Source: Candidatus Latescibacterota bacterium (GTDB lineage: Bacteria; Latescibacterota; UBA2968; UBA8231). From it: a stretch of 64,000 nucleotides of DNA. The stretch's first letter is position 1, and every line of letters starts with the position of its first letter. Under the pieces are notes generated by a model. That model was given only the letters and a program-made list of their open reading frames with translations, did not search any database and was not told the DNA's origin. The stretch is from NCBI GenBank assembly GCA_965215195.1, contig CBDCDC010000002.1, forward strand, positions 1,056,001 through 1,120,000, in the 5' to 3' direction. The translations under genes and the position numbers were made by a program. Below, one piece after another: positions 28,484 to 37,656 of the stretch.

Positions 28484-29812
28484 GCTAACTTCGGCGAGTG
28501 CTTCCGCATTTATCTCAATATCTGCGCTGTATTGCTCGCGGAGCCGTGCGATGAAGGCGTCCATGGCCTTGGTTTCCGCCTGCTGCCTCAGCAGGGTTCC
28601 AATGCTGTTATAGACCAAGGATAGATCCGCCACTTTGCCGTCGGCGCGGGTAAACATCTCGACGTTGGCATCGTAGTGTGCGCGAATGGCCTCGTCGGTG
28701 ATGGGCTGCTGGCGCGCCACTTCCCTGCCCTCGGTGCGATAGAGCCACTCGACGATGAGCGCGTCGCGCTTTTTCTCCACCGGCTCGCGCACCTGTGGGT
28801 CGCGGTCGTATTGCAGCTTGCGGCCCTCGGCCATCATAATCTGTACCCCGGCCAAGTTCTCGGCCGCCTTGTAGCGGCCGGCACTGTCGAGCCGGCTGTG
28901 GCTCGCTTGTAGGTTGGCCCAGTACTCGGCCGTGGTCAGTTGGCCGTCGCGCCAGCTAAAGAGCACCCGCTCCTCGCCATCGGGCGCGGGCGCGGCCAAG
29001 GCTTTTAGGCCCTCGGCGTGGGCCGCTAGCTGGTATTCGCGGCGCAAACGGTGGATGTATTGTTCCATGTCGTCGGCCCGCTTTTGCACACGCGCTTTTT
29101 CTCGTAACCACTCGCGCTGAGTCGCAAAATCCAAGTGCCGCCGTTTGTTGAGCCGGAAGACGTGATAGCCCATTTGGGTCTTCACCGGCTGCGGATAGAG
29201 CTGTCCCTCGGCCATGGTCCGCAGCGGTTCCTTCAGCTCGGGCAGCATGTTGCCCATTTTGAACCACCCCAACTGACCAGCCGGGCCAAAGCGCCGCTGG
29301 ATGGTCGCCGTCGAATAGATGGGCACCAGCGACTCAAACCGAGTGCCCTCTTGCAGCGCCATTAGTACCTCATAGGCCTCTTCTTCAGTGGCGCAGACGA
29401 TTTGCCGGCTCAAGACCTCGACATCGTATTCGCGCTCTTTGGCGAAAGCCCGCAGCTCCTCTTCGGTTGACATGTAATCGCCGCGCAGGGCCTCTTCCTC
29501 GTACAGTTTGGACACCACGGCCTTTTGCGCGGCCCGCTCGACTTCGCGGGCAATGCTCGGCTCGCGGTCAAGGCCGCGGCGCAACCCTTCGCGCACCAAT
29601 AGCTCGCCGGCGATCACGCCGTTGAGCAGCACTAACTTGGCGTCCGCATTCATCTCCTCAATGTGCTTGTAACTCGTTTGCATCAGCTTTTGCGCTCGCT
29701 CCCTAAAGTCTTCCTTTGATAGGGTGGTTTCGCCGATGCGGGCGACGTAGGTAGGCTCAGGTTCTGTCCCACAAGCCGCGAGCGCGAGCAGGACGATTGT
29801 TGTCAACTTCAT
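28436..29812 (-). CDS. Parvulin-type PPIase lipoprotein (paralog of 1995..3623)
   Basis: MKLTTIVLLALAAC lipobox; GQLGWF...PVKTQMGYHVFRL. 48-bp convergent 3' overlap with the preceding gene. Confidence 0.85.
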   Translation of the reverse strand: MKLTTIVLLALAACGTEPEPTYVARIGETTLSKEDFRERAQKLMQTSYKHIEEMNADAKLVLLNGVIAGELLVREGLRRGLDREPSIAREVERAAQKAVVSKLYEEEALRGDYMSTEEELRAFAKEREYDVEVLSRQIVCATEEEAYEVLMALQEGTRFESLVPIYSTATIQRRFGPAGQLGWFKMGNMLPELKEPLRTMAEGQLYPQPVKTQMGYHVFRLNKRRHLDFATQREWLREKARVQKRADDMEQYIHRLRREYQLAAHAEGLKALAAPAPDGEERVLFSWRDGQLTTAEYWANLQASHSRLDSAGRYKAAENLAGVQIMMAEGRKLQYDRDPQVREPVEKKRDALIVEWLYRTEGREVARQQPITDEAIRAHYDANVEMFTRADGKVADLSLVYNSIGTLLRQQAETKAMDAFIARLREQYSADIEINAEALAEVSLQVLAQPGEDADEGE

Positions 29813-29828
29813 GCGACAAATTTCTCCG

Positions 29829-31460
29829 TTATTTCCCGGTAGCTTCCTCAATGACCAGGTGCTGATTGGCCGCCACGTTTAAGAGGGTCTGCACTGTGCC
29901 GCGGGGCCAAAAAACTTGCAGTGAATCCACTTGGCTATGGCGGCCCAAGCCCAGCGTTAGGCGCACGTCGCTGCTGCCCATGTACCCGTAGCTGCGGCGA
30001 ATTTCGCGCTTTTGCACGAGGTCGCCCGCCACGGCGCGGATTTTGGTGCCGAGCCCGTCGCGATTGCTTCGCGTACCTACGGCCTCGATCGTCAGGTAGT
30101 GATGGCCGCTGTGGTCGTTGCGCAACAGGGTGCAGTGGGGCGCGGCCGAATCCGAGACGAAGATGTCGACGTCGCCATCGTTGTCGTAATCGCCCAAAGC
30201 GGCACCGTGGCTGACGCGCTCGACGAGCAGCCCCGGGCCGCTGGCGTTGCTCACGTCGGCAAAGGTGCCATCGCCCTGATTGCGAAATAGCTGGTTTTGC
30301 TGGGGATAGGTCGCGTCTGGATCGAACTCGCGCACGTTTTCATCGAGGTGGCCGTTGGTGACAAAGACGTCGAGGAAGCCGTCGTTGTCGCTGTCGAAAA
30401 AGATCGCGGCCATGCCCAAGTAGGGTACGCTCGGTGCGCCGAGATGGGCGGCAAACGTCAGGTCGCTGAAAAAGCCGCCGCCGTCGTTGTGGTAGAGCGT
30501 ATTGGGCAGCCATTGGAAGGTGGCGAGGATGATGTCGAGCCGGCCGTCGTTGTCGTAGTCGCCGAAATCCGCACCCATAGCCGACTCAGCGAGCCCCTCC
30601 TCGTTGTACGCCACCCCGGCGATGGTGCCATGCTCGGCGAAGGTGCCGTCGCCGTTGTTGAGGAAGAGAAAATTGGGCTGCCGGTCGTTGGCAATGAATA
30701 GGTCCGGGTCGCCATCGTCGTCGCAGTCGCCAAACACCGCGGCCAGTTGCCGGCCCTCGTCGTTGAACAAGCCGGCCGGCCGCGTCGCATTGGCAAACGC
30801 GAGGTCGCTGTCGTTGCGATAGAGCACTCCAGACTGGCCCGGGTACGCGAGAGGGCCGCAGATGGACCGCGCCGCGCCCGTAAAACACTCCTTGTTCGCG
30901 TCCAAATCGAACTCCATGTAATTGGCCACGTACAGATCCAAGTCGCCATCGCGGTCGTAGTCGGCAAAGGCCGCATGCGTACCCCAACCCGGGTCGCCGA
31001 GGCCGGTTCGGTCCGTCACATCGGCAAAGGCGCGGCCCTCGCCCTCGTTGAGGTAGAATACATTGGGGCCGTAGTTGGTCACGTACAGATCGGGGTCGCC
31101 GTCGTTATCCACGTCGCCGACCGCGGCGCCCATGCCGTACCCATTGTCGCCGGTGCGCACGGCCTCCGTGACATCTGCGAAGGTGCCGTCGCCTTCGTTG
31201 CGGTAAAAGGCATTGGTGCCGGGCGGGCCGGCATAGCCCGGCAGGGCCGTGCCGTTGACGATGTACAGGTCGAGGAAGCCATCGCCATCGGCGTCGAAGA
31301 ACGCCGCGCCCGAGCCGATGGCCTCGGGCAGGTACTTGCGGCCGCTCGCGCCGTTTACATAGCAAAAGTCAATGCCGGCTGCGCGGGTCACCTCGACGAA
31401 GTGAGGTGCGGATTGGGCACTGACGCTGGAGACCACCAACGCGAGGAGTAGCAGGAGCAC
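29829..31460 (-). CDS. CRTAC1/ASPIC-UnbV protein with FG-GAP repeats
   Basis: Repeated D.D.DG..DL motifs; SNRDGLG...LGLG...VFWP.G C-terminal domain. Confidence 0.92.
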   Translation of the reverse strand: MLLLLLALVVSSVSAQSAPHFVEVTRAAGIDFCYVNGASGRKYLPEAIGSGAAFFDADGDGFLDLYIVNGTALPGYAGPPGTNAFYRNEGDGTFADVTEAVRTGDNGYGMGAAVGDVDNDGDPDLYVTNYGPNVFYLNEGEGRAFADVTDRTGLGDPGWGTHAAFADYDRDGDLDLYVANYMEFDLDANKECFTGAARSICGPLAYPGQSGVLYRNDSDLAFANATRPAGLFNDEGRQLAAVFGDCDDDGDPDLFIANDRQPNFLFLNNGDGTFAEHGTIAGVAYNEEGLAESAMGADFGDYDNDGRLDIILATFQWLPNTLYHNDGGGFFSDLTFAAHLGAPSVPYLGMAAIFFDSDNDGFLDVFVTNGHLDENVREFDPDATYPQQNQLFRNQGDGTFADVSNASGPGLLVERVSHGAALGDYDNDGDVDIFVSDSAAPHCTLLRNDHSGHHYLTIEAVGTRSNRDGLGTKIRAVAGDLVQKREIRRSYGYMGSSDVRLTLGLGRHSQVDSLQVFWPRGTVQTLLNVAANQHLVIEEATGK

Positions 31461-31462
31461 GG

Positions 31463-32644
31463 CTAGTCCTGCGTTTGGCTGGCGGTGCCGAACTTGCGGG
31501 CGAGGGCCGCGCCGCGCTGTAAGCGGGCGTTGTCTGGCTCAAAGTGCAAGCCGCGCTGATAGCTCGCCAACGCTTGGGCAAATGCTTTTTGCATCATCAG
31601 GGTATTGCCGAGCGCGAGATGCGCGAGCACATAGGTGGAGTCCGCGCGCAGGGCCTGGCGGAACAGGGACATGGCCGCGGCCACTTGGCGGCGACGCAAA
31701 TACAGGTTGCCCAAGTTGTGATAAGAGGGCGCGAAATTGGGGTTGCGGTCAATAGCCTGTAAATAGTACAGGTGCGCTTCTTCGTACTGTCTGCGCTGGC
31801 CGTATAGCGCACCTATCTTGTGGTACAGCTCGGCCTTGTCGGGCGTACGGATCAGGGTAGTGCGCAAGCTGGCGAGGAGCTTTTCCTGCTTTTCCAGTTC
31901 GTTGTACAGGGCCAATTGGCGGCGGCCCGCTTCCGGCTGGCCACGGCGCAACAGGGCGTTGCCGAGGTTGAAGCGGGCCAGCGCAAAGAGCGAGTCGAGG
32001 GCCACAGCGCGCTGCAATTCAACGATGGCCGCGGCGTACTCGCGGCGTTTGTACAAGGCCGTGCCGAGGCCATGGCGGTACTTGGCCACGGTCGAATCGG
32101 CCGCTAGGGCGCGGTTATATGCCGCTTCGGCCGCGGCGTACTCGTTGAGCTTGAGATGAGCCTCGCCGAGGTTGTACCAAGCCTCGCCGTAGTCGTCTTG
32201 CAGGGCGACGGCGCGGCCATGCGCGGCAATGGCCTGCTCGTACTGGGCTTGGCGAAAGTACAGCAGCCCGAGCGCCATCTGGGCCCAAGCGTAATCCGGG
32301 GTCGCGCGCGTAACCTCCTCTAAGAGGGCGAGGGCCTCGGCGTGGCGATTGAGGCGGGTCAGCACAATGGCCAGTTCGGTCCGCGCCTTGGCGTAACCGG
32401 GTTGCAGCGCGATGGCCTGTTGGTAGGCTGCTAGGGCCTCGGTCAGCTTGCTGTCGCGTGTATAGGCGTCGGCAAGGTTGCGGTGAGCTACCGCAGAATT
32501 CGGATCGCGTTCTACGGCGCATTTCGCGGCTTCTATGGCCGCGGCATAGGGACCTTGATGCACGGTTGGGCGCGGCTGGCGGTCGTTGGGAGGTTCCTGA
32601 CAGGCGACGAGTATTAGGATCGACAAGTAGCAGAGTGGGAACAT
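31463..32644 (-). CDS. TPR-repeat lipoprotein
   Basis: LVAC lipobox after ATG 32644; repeated A.YNLG...A...Y..AL TPR units. Confidence 0.9.
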   Translation of the reverse strand: MFPLCYLSILILVACQEPPNDRQPRPTVHQGPYAAAIEAAKCAVERDPNSAVAHRNLADAYTRDSKLTEALAAYQQAIALQPGYAKARTELAIVLTRLNRHAEALALLEEVTRATPDYAWAQMALGLLYFRQAQYEQAIAAHGRAVALQDDYGEAWYNLGEAHLKLNEYAAAEAAYNRALAADSTVAKYRHGLGTALYKRREYAAAIVELQRAVALDSLFALARFNLGNALLRRGQPEAGRRQLALYNELEKQEKLLASLRTTLIRTPDKAELYHKIGALYGQRRQYEEAHLYYLQAIDRNPNFAPSYHNLGNLYLRRRQVAAAMSLFRQALRADSTYVLAHLALGNTLMMQKAFAQALASYQRGLHFEPDNARLQRGAALARKFGTASQTQD

Positions 32645-32851
32645 ATTGAGGGTGGAGGGGTATTCAATTTTAGCTCTCAACTGTTTAAGTATGTCGCTTC
32701 GCCGTCTCCGTGTCCACCGTGGGCATACGGAGTGCCTAGGAGGCGCTAAATAAAATCGCAAGGACCGAGCAGCGGCGGCTTGACAGGTAGGACGCTTTTG
32801 CTAGGTTCGGGGAAGAAGGTTCCTTCCCCATCTGCCCTTGTGGAGATTCCC

Positions 32852-33400
32852 ATGACGACTACCGATTTGATCACCGCCGACGAGTTGTTGCAGATGAAGG
32901 ACGATGGCTTCCGCTGCGAACTGGTCCGAGGAGAATTGATAAAAATGAGTCCCGCCGGCCACCAACACGGCAGAATCGCGCTCAATTTCACCACGCCCCT
33001 AGACCAGTTTGTCCGGGCCAACGAACTTGGTGCGGTCTATGCGGCCGAAACCGGCTTCAAACTGGCCACGGATCCCGATGTGGTGCGGGCCCCAGACGCG
33101 GCCTTCGTCCGGCGCGAGCGGGTCGAGGCGGTGGGCCTGACCACCGGCTTCTGGCCCGGTGCCCCCGACCTAGCGGCCGAGGTCGTCTCTCCGGGCGATA
33201 CCTACGCTGAGGTCCAAAACAAGATCGCCGATTGGCTTGACGCGGGCACCCGCTTGGTCGTGGTCGTCAACCCAAGCACTCAAACGGTCGCTTTGTACCA
33301 CTCGCGCCACGACATCCGCATCCTGACCATTGACGACGTACTCGACGGCGGCGACGTGGTGCCGAACTGGACCCTGCCGGTGCGAGATATATTTCTCTAA
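32852..33400 (+). CDS. Uma2 family endonuclease (DUF820)
   Basis: ELVRGEL..MSP...HG; RAPDAAFV; APDLAAEVVSP. Confidence 0.92.
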   Translation: MTTTDLITADELLQMKDDGFRCELVRGELIKMSPAGHQHGRIALNFTTPLDQFVRANELGAVYAAETGFKLATDPDVVRAPDAAFVRRERVEAVGLTTGFWPGAPDLAAEVVSPGDTYAEVQNKIADWLDAGTRLVVVVNPSTQTVALYHSRHDIRILTIDDVLDGGDVVPNWTLPVRDIFL

Positions 33401-33533
33401 ACAGAGGTGGATGAAAGGGACTGCGCGAGACGAAGCCCACGAACTGGCGAGGGTGCTGAGCCACTAGCGCCCCGGTCTGAGCCGAAGCAAAACATAAATA
33501 GCGAAGGCGCGACGATCCTTTAGCGGCGCACGT

Positions 33534-34154
33534 TCAAGTAGCGCGATTGCCGCGGCGGCTTGAGCTATATGGATGCTCGTCCCAGTCGGATTTTGCGATG
33601 TAGCGCATGATCGGGAATGCGGTGATACCCGACTCCTGTAGGCGTCGCCGCAGCAGGGGGATTACTCCGACCATCCGCTCGCCGCGCAATTGCCCAGCGA
33701 CTCCGTCGTAGATTGCCTTGATTTCGATAAATTCGTCGTCGTCCCACTCTTCTATATCGGGCTGGACGGAACCCATCAAGCGATATAGCCAAAGCATTAG
33801 CGCAAGGGCTAGCACACCCCCAGCGAGACTCTTGCGGCGGGCTAAAGGCAGCGCCAGCCAAGCGCGGCCCAACCGACTCGGAGAACACGCCAAGCCGAGG
33901 GCCAATGGGACGAGGAAAAACGCGAAGGGATGGTAGTGCCAAGCGCCGGCGAGGTTGCCTTGGGCAAGGGCTATGCAGGCGCGCCCCATGCCGCAGCCCG
34001 GGCAGGGCAACTGGGTGAGGAAGCGGAAGGGGCACAGAATCGGCCAAGCCGCGCCGAGCACGGGGCCAAACCACGCCGCAAATGCCGCAACGAAAGCCAG
34101 CCCGACGAGGAAAACTCGCGCGAGGTGAACTGGACTAACTGTCGGCACTTTCAC
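33534..34154 (-). CDS. DUF2752 membrane protein with an unrelated-looking C-terminal extension
   Basis: CPFRFLTQLPCPGCGMGRA...AWHYHP. Confidence 0.8.
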   Translation of the reverse strand: MKVPTVSPVHLARVFLVGLAFVAAFAAWFGPVLGAAWPILCPFRFLTQLPCPGCGMGRACIALAQGNLAGAWHYHPFAFFLVPLALGLACSPSRLGRAWLALPLARRKSLAGGVLALALMLWLYRLMGSVQPDIEEWDDDEFIEIKAIYDGVAGQLRGERMVGVIPLLRRRLQESGITAFPIMRYIAKSDWDEHPYSSSRRGNRAT

Positions 34155-34517
34155 CGTAGAACTTGTTGATTTCCCACTGCTGGATGGCAGTAGCGGCCAC
34201 GCCGAGGGAAAAAATAGAAACTAGGACGCAGATCAACGCTAGCTCTCTGTTGGCGCGCAGACCATTGTTCTCCTGAATCTCATTGATGCCCTGCGCCATC
34301 TTGTACTCGTAGTAAATCTCAAAGATGCTGCACGTCAGGATAAGAGGACGAGCCAAAGCCAGAAGTTGTACTCCTCCCGCCCCAGCCACGCATTGAGCGT
34401 TTCCATCTGTTTGTATTGCCAATAGAAACAGTAAATCCCACACGTCAGAATGCTGACGACTATTCCCAAGACAATGCTTCTCACTCCGTCGTATGCTGGA
34501 TAGGGGTAGCTCTGCAT
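34135..34517 (-). pseudogene. DUF4234-like membrane protein, frameshifted
   Basis: SILTCGIYCFYWQYK in one frame; ILTCSIFEIYYEYKM...IQQWEINK in another. Confidence 0.7.
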
Positions 34518-34810
34518 AATTGGCCCTCCGGCTATGGGATGCGATCATGCGGGAATATAGCCTCTGGCCGCGGCCTTCATCAAGCACGTATCTGAGGCTG
34601 GGGCTGTCACCCGCGTCCTCTTTTTGGTCGACCAGCTCTCACTGAAAACTTGACCAAGTGGAGAGAGGATGTATTAAGAGAATGGCACTTGCGAGCGGCG
34701 GAAGCGGATCGCCCCGTAGTTCGATAATACCCAAATTTAGCTTGATTCTGTGATGCAGGGATATTACTTTGCCACTCCCCTTTGCGAACCGGAACTTGGA
34801 TCCTATAACC

Positions 34811-35566
34811 ATGGCCAAATTCTCGCCAAATTCGCTTACGTTTGAGATTGACGGTCCACGGATTACGGCCCAGCGTTTCAAAAAAGGCTTTAATGCGTTC
34901 TTGCAGATGGCCGATGAGGTAGCCGATAGCGTGGCCGGGAAGCCTCACGCTGTAGAGTGGCTTCTTTCTGTCGAGCCGGGTAGCGTACGCGTACACATCG
35001 CTCCAGAAGCAAACCAGATCCACCCCGAACAGATCCCTGTAGCCATTGATGCGATTCAAACTGGACTTGCGGCTCTTGAGGTAGGAGATGATATCTGGCC
35101 TGAGCATTTTTCGGAAAAAGCATTGGAGGCTGCCAAGACGATGGGCGAAGTGCTCTCCAGATCCGCGGGGGAGTTAAGTGCAGTACAGGTCCGATACAAT
35201 GGACAGGTTGCTAAAATGTCGTCTCAATCCATTGCGTCTGTCGATCAGTTACTGCAAGGAAAATACGTTGATTACGGGACAGTCGAAGGACGGATTCAAG
35301 TACTCAGCAGGCGAGGCAAGATGCGCTTTTCCATTGATGACGATCTATCGGGCCGCAATATCAACTGCTATTTCCCTAGTGAATTGTGGGACGATGTGCT
35401 GCAGTCCTTTGATCCTAAGATGGATCGGCGCGTGTCCGTTTCAGGGCCTATTCTGTATCGGCACGATGGCACACCGATCAATATCACTGTTGAGGAGTTT
35501 AGAGTATTGAGCCCAAAAAACGAATTGCCATCTTGGAACGATGTACTGGGTATTTTCGCTGAGTAA
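34811..35566 (+). CDS. Hypothetical protein upstream of a PIN toxin
   Basis: About 250 aa, AT-richer than flanks, 6 bp before the PIN gene; start taken at MAKFSP. Confidence 0.7.
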   Translation: MAKFSPNSLTFEIDGPRITAQRFKKGFNAFLQMADEVADSVAGKPHAVEWLLSVEPGSVRVHIAPEANQIHPEQIPVAIDAIQTGLAALEVGDDIWPEHFSEKALEAAKTMGEVLSRSAGELSAVQVRYNGQVAKMSSQSIASVDQLLQGKYVDYGTVEGRIQVLSRRGKMRFSIDDDLSGRNINCYFPSELWDDVLQSFDPKMDRRVSVSGPILYRHDGTPINITVEEFRVLSPKNELPSWNDVLGIFAE

Positions 35567-35572
35567 ATCTAT

Positions 35573-36034
35573 ATGAGGAAAGTATATTGCGATGCCGACG
35601 TATTTCTCGGATGGTTCAACAGAGAGCAGGATAGAGTAGAAGCCTGTCGCGGATTAGTTGATGCCTCAGAGCAAGGAGAAGTGCAAATAATCACTTCGGC
35701 ATTGACCTTGACGGAAGTTATAAAGATCAAAGGCCAGCAATCATTGCCTCAGAGCAAGGAAAAGATCATCAAGGGTTTTTTTGAACAAGAGTTCATCGGT
35801 ATCGTCAACGTGGATCGACGAACGGCCGAATTTGCTCGCGATCTTATATGGCGCTACGCTCACCTTAATCCCAAGGACTCCATTCATGTAGCAACAGCCT
35901 TGATCGCTGAAGGCGTTGACGTGTTGCATACTTTTGACAAGCACCTTTTGCGATTGAATGGCCAATTGGGAGAGCCTCCTCTGCAGATTTCCACTCCAGA
36001 TGTACCTGATCAGCTTTCTATTCCGTTTGCATAA
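35573..36034 (+). CDS. PIN-domain (VapC-like) nuclease
   Basis: YCDADVF, TSALTLTEV, KDSIHVATA, LHTFD. Confidence 0.88.
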   Translation: MRKVYCDADVFLGWFNREQDRVEACRGLVDASEQGEVQIITSALTLTEVIKIKGQQSLPQSKEKIIKGFFEQEFIGIVNVDRRTAEFARDLIWRYAHLNPKDSIHVATALIAEGVDVLHTFDKHLLRLNGQLGEPPLQISTPDVPDQLSIPFA

Positions 36035-36051
36035 CTCATTTTGACCCACCC

Positions 36052-37650
36052 CTAGCCCCCCTCCTCAACCTTCACATACGTATCAATCGGCAAGTCAGCC
36101 AACCGTTGTAGCACTCCGCTCGGCCAATAGATGTGCAGCGAATCCGCCCGGCCGGCCGCGCCCAAGCCAAAATGCACGCGCCGGTCGCCGCTGCCCAAAA
36201 AGCTCTCGCCGCAGAGCACGTCTTGCCGCTGCCTTTGGCCGCCGCTCCACAATACGACCTTTGCGCCGACGGCCTCGCGGTTTTTTCCCGTGCCCACAAG
36301 GCGCAGGCCGAGCCAGTGGTGCTCAGCGGTCGTCTGGTTGTGCAGCAGGGAGGGCCGGCCGTTGAGGTTGGTGACGAACAGATCCACGCGGCCGTCGTCG
36401 TCAAAATCCCCGGCCACCGCGCCGCGGCTGACCGCCCGACCCTCGCCCAGATCGACGAGGCGGAAATGGCCAGCGTCATTGGCGAACAAGTGATTCGCTT
36501 GCGCGTAGGTCGCGCCGCTGCCCGGGCGTTCGATCTGCGGATACACGTGCCCGTTGGCCACGAACAAGTCTTGGTCGGCGTCGTTGTCGAAGTCGAGAAA
36601 GACCGCGCCAAACCCCACGTAGGGGAGGCTGATGCGGCCCAAGCCCGCGGCAAAGCTCACGTCCGCAAAGGTGCCGCCGCCGGTGTTGCGATAGAGCGTG
36701 TTGTAGTCGTCCTCAAAATTGGTGACCAGCAAATCGCCGTCGCCGTCGTTGTCGTAATCGCCCCAAGCCGCACCCATGCCAGCCTGCGCTAAGCCCGTTT
36801 CCCCCAGCGCGGCATTGGCCTGTAGCCCCACTTCGGCAAAGGTGCCAGCCCCGTCGTTGCGGTAGAGGAAATTGGGCGTTGAGTCGTTGGCGACATACAG
36901 GTCCAAATCCCCGTCGTCGTCGCTGTCGATAAACAGCACGGCAAACCCATAGCCCGGGTCGTGGCGACCGAGGCCGCTGACCGCGGTCACATCGGCAAAG
37001 GGGCCAGCCCCATCGTTGCGGTAGAGCGCGTCCGGCAACGCCGGCAAGCCCAGCGGGCCGACGAATACGTCCCGGCCCTTCCACTGCGTCCCCAAGGGCT
37101 GCACCGCGGCCGAATCAAAATCCGCGTAATTGGCCACGTACAAATCCAAGTCGCCGTCCAAATCCGCATCGCCCATGGCCGCGCCAGTACTCCACACCGG
37201 CAGGACCAGCCCGGCGCGGGCCGTGGCATCGGCGAATTGCTCTAATCCGTCGTTGCGATAGAGGATGTTTTCTTGCAGGCAGGTGATGTACAGGTCGGCA
37301 TCGCCGTCGGCATCGTAGTCCGCGCTCAGCGCACCCATGCCCCAGCCGCGACCCGAGGCCCCGGCCGCGGCCGCTCTATCGACAAAGCCCCGGCCGCGGT
37401 CGTTGCGGTAGAGGGCATTGTCTCCGCCCTCCCCATTGACCCAGTAGATGTCCAAATCGCCGTCGCCATCCGCGTCGAGGAGCGCGGCCCCGCCGCCTTT
37501 GGCTTCGACGATATAGCGCTTTTCCGCGCCGCCGCCGACGTGGGAGTGCTCTAAGCCCCAATCGCCAGCCTTGTCGATGAAAGGAGGACCATCCGCAGGC
37601 GCGCAGGCCACCATGCACAGCAGAAGCCCACCCCACTTCAATCGCGCCAC
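36052..37650 (-). CDS. CRTAC1/ASPIC-UnbV protein with FG-GAP repeats
   Basis: D.D.DGD.DL repeats; RVHFGLG...WPSG. Confidence 0.92.
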   Translation of the reverse strand: MARLKWGGLLLCMVACAPADGPPFIDKAGDWGLEHSHVGGGAEKRYIVEAKGGGAALLDADGDGDLDIYWVNGEGGDNALYRNDRGRGFVDRAAAAGASGRGWGMGALSADYDADGDADLYITCLQENILYRNDGLEQFADATARAGLVLPVWSTGAAMGDADLDGDLDLYVANYADFDSAAVQPLGTQWKGRDVFVGPLGLPALPDALYRNDGAGPFADVTAVSGLGRHDPGYGFAVLFIDSDDDGDLDLYVANDSTPNFLYRNDGAGTFAEVGLQANAALGETGLAQAGMGAAWGDYDNDGDGDLLVTNFEDDYNTLYRNTGGGTFADVSFAAGLGRISLPYVGFGAVFLDFDNDADQDLFVANGHVYPQIERPGSGATYAQANHLFANDAGHFRLVDLGEGRAVSRGAVAGDFDDDGRVDLFVTNLNGRPSLLHNQTTAEHHWLGLRLVGTGKNREAVGAKVVLWSGGQRQRQDVLCGESFLGSGDRRVHFGLGAAGRADSLHIYWPSGVLQRLADLPIDTYVKVEEGG

Positions 37651-37656
37651 AGCCCT

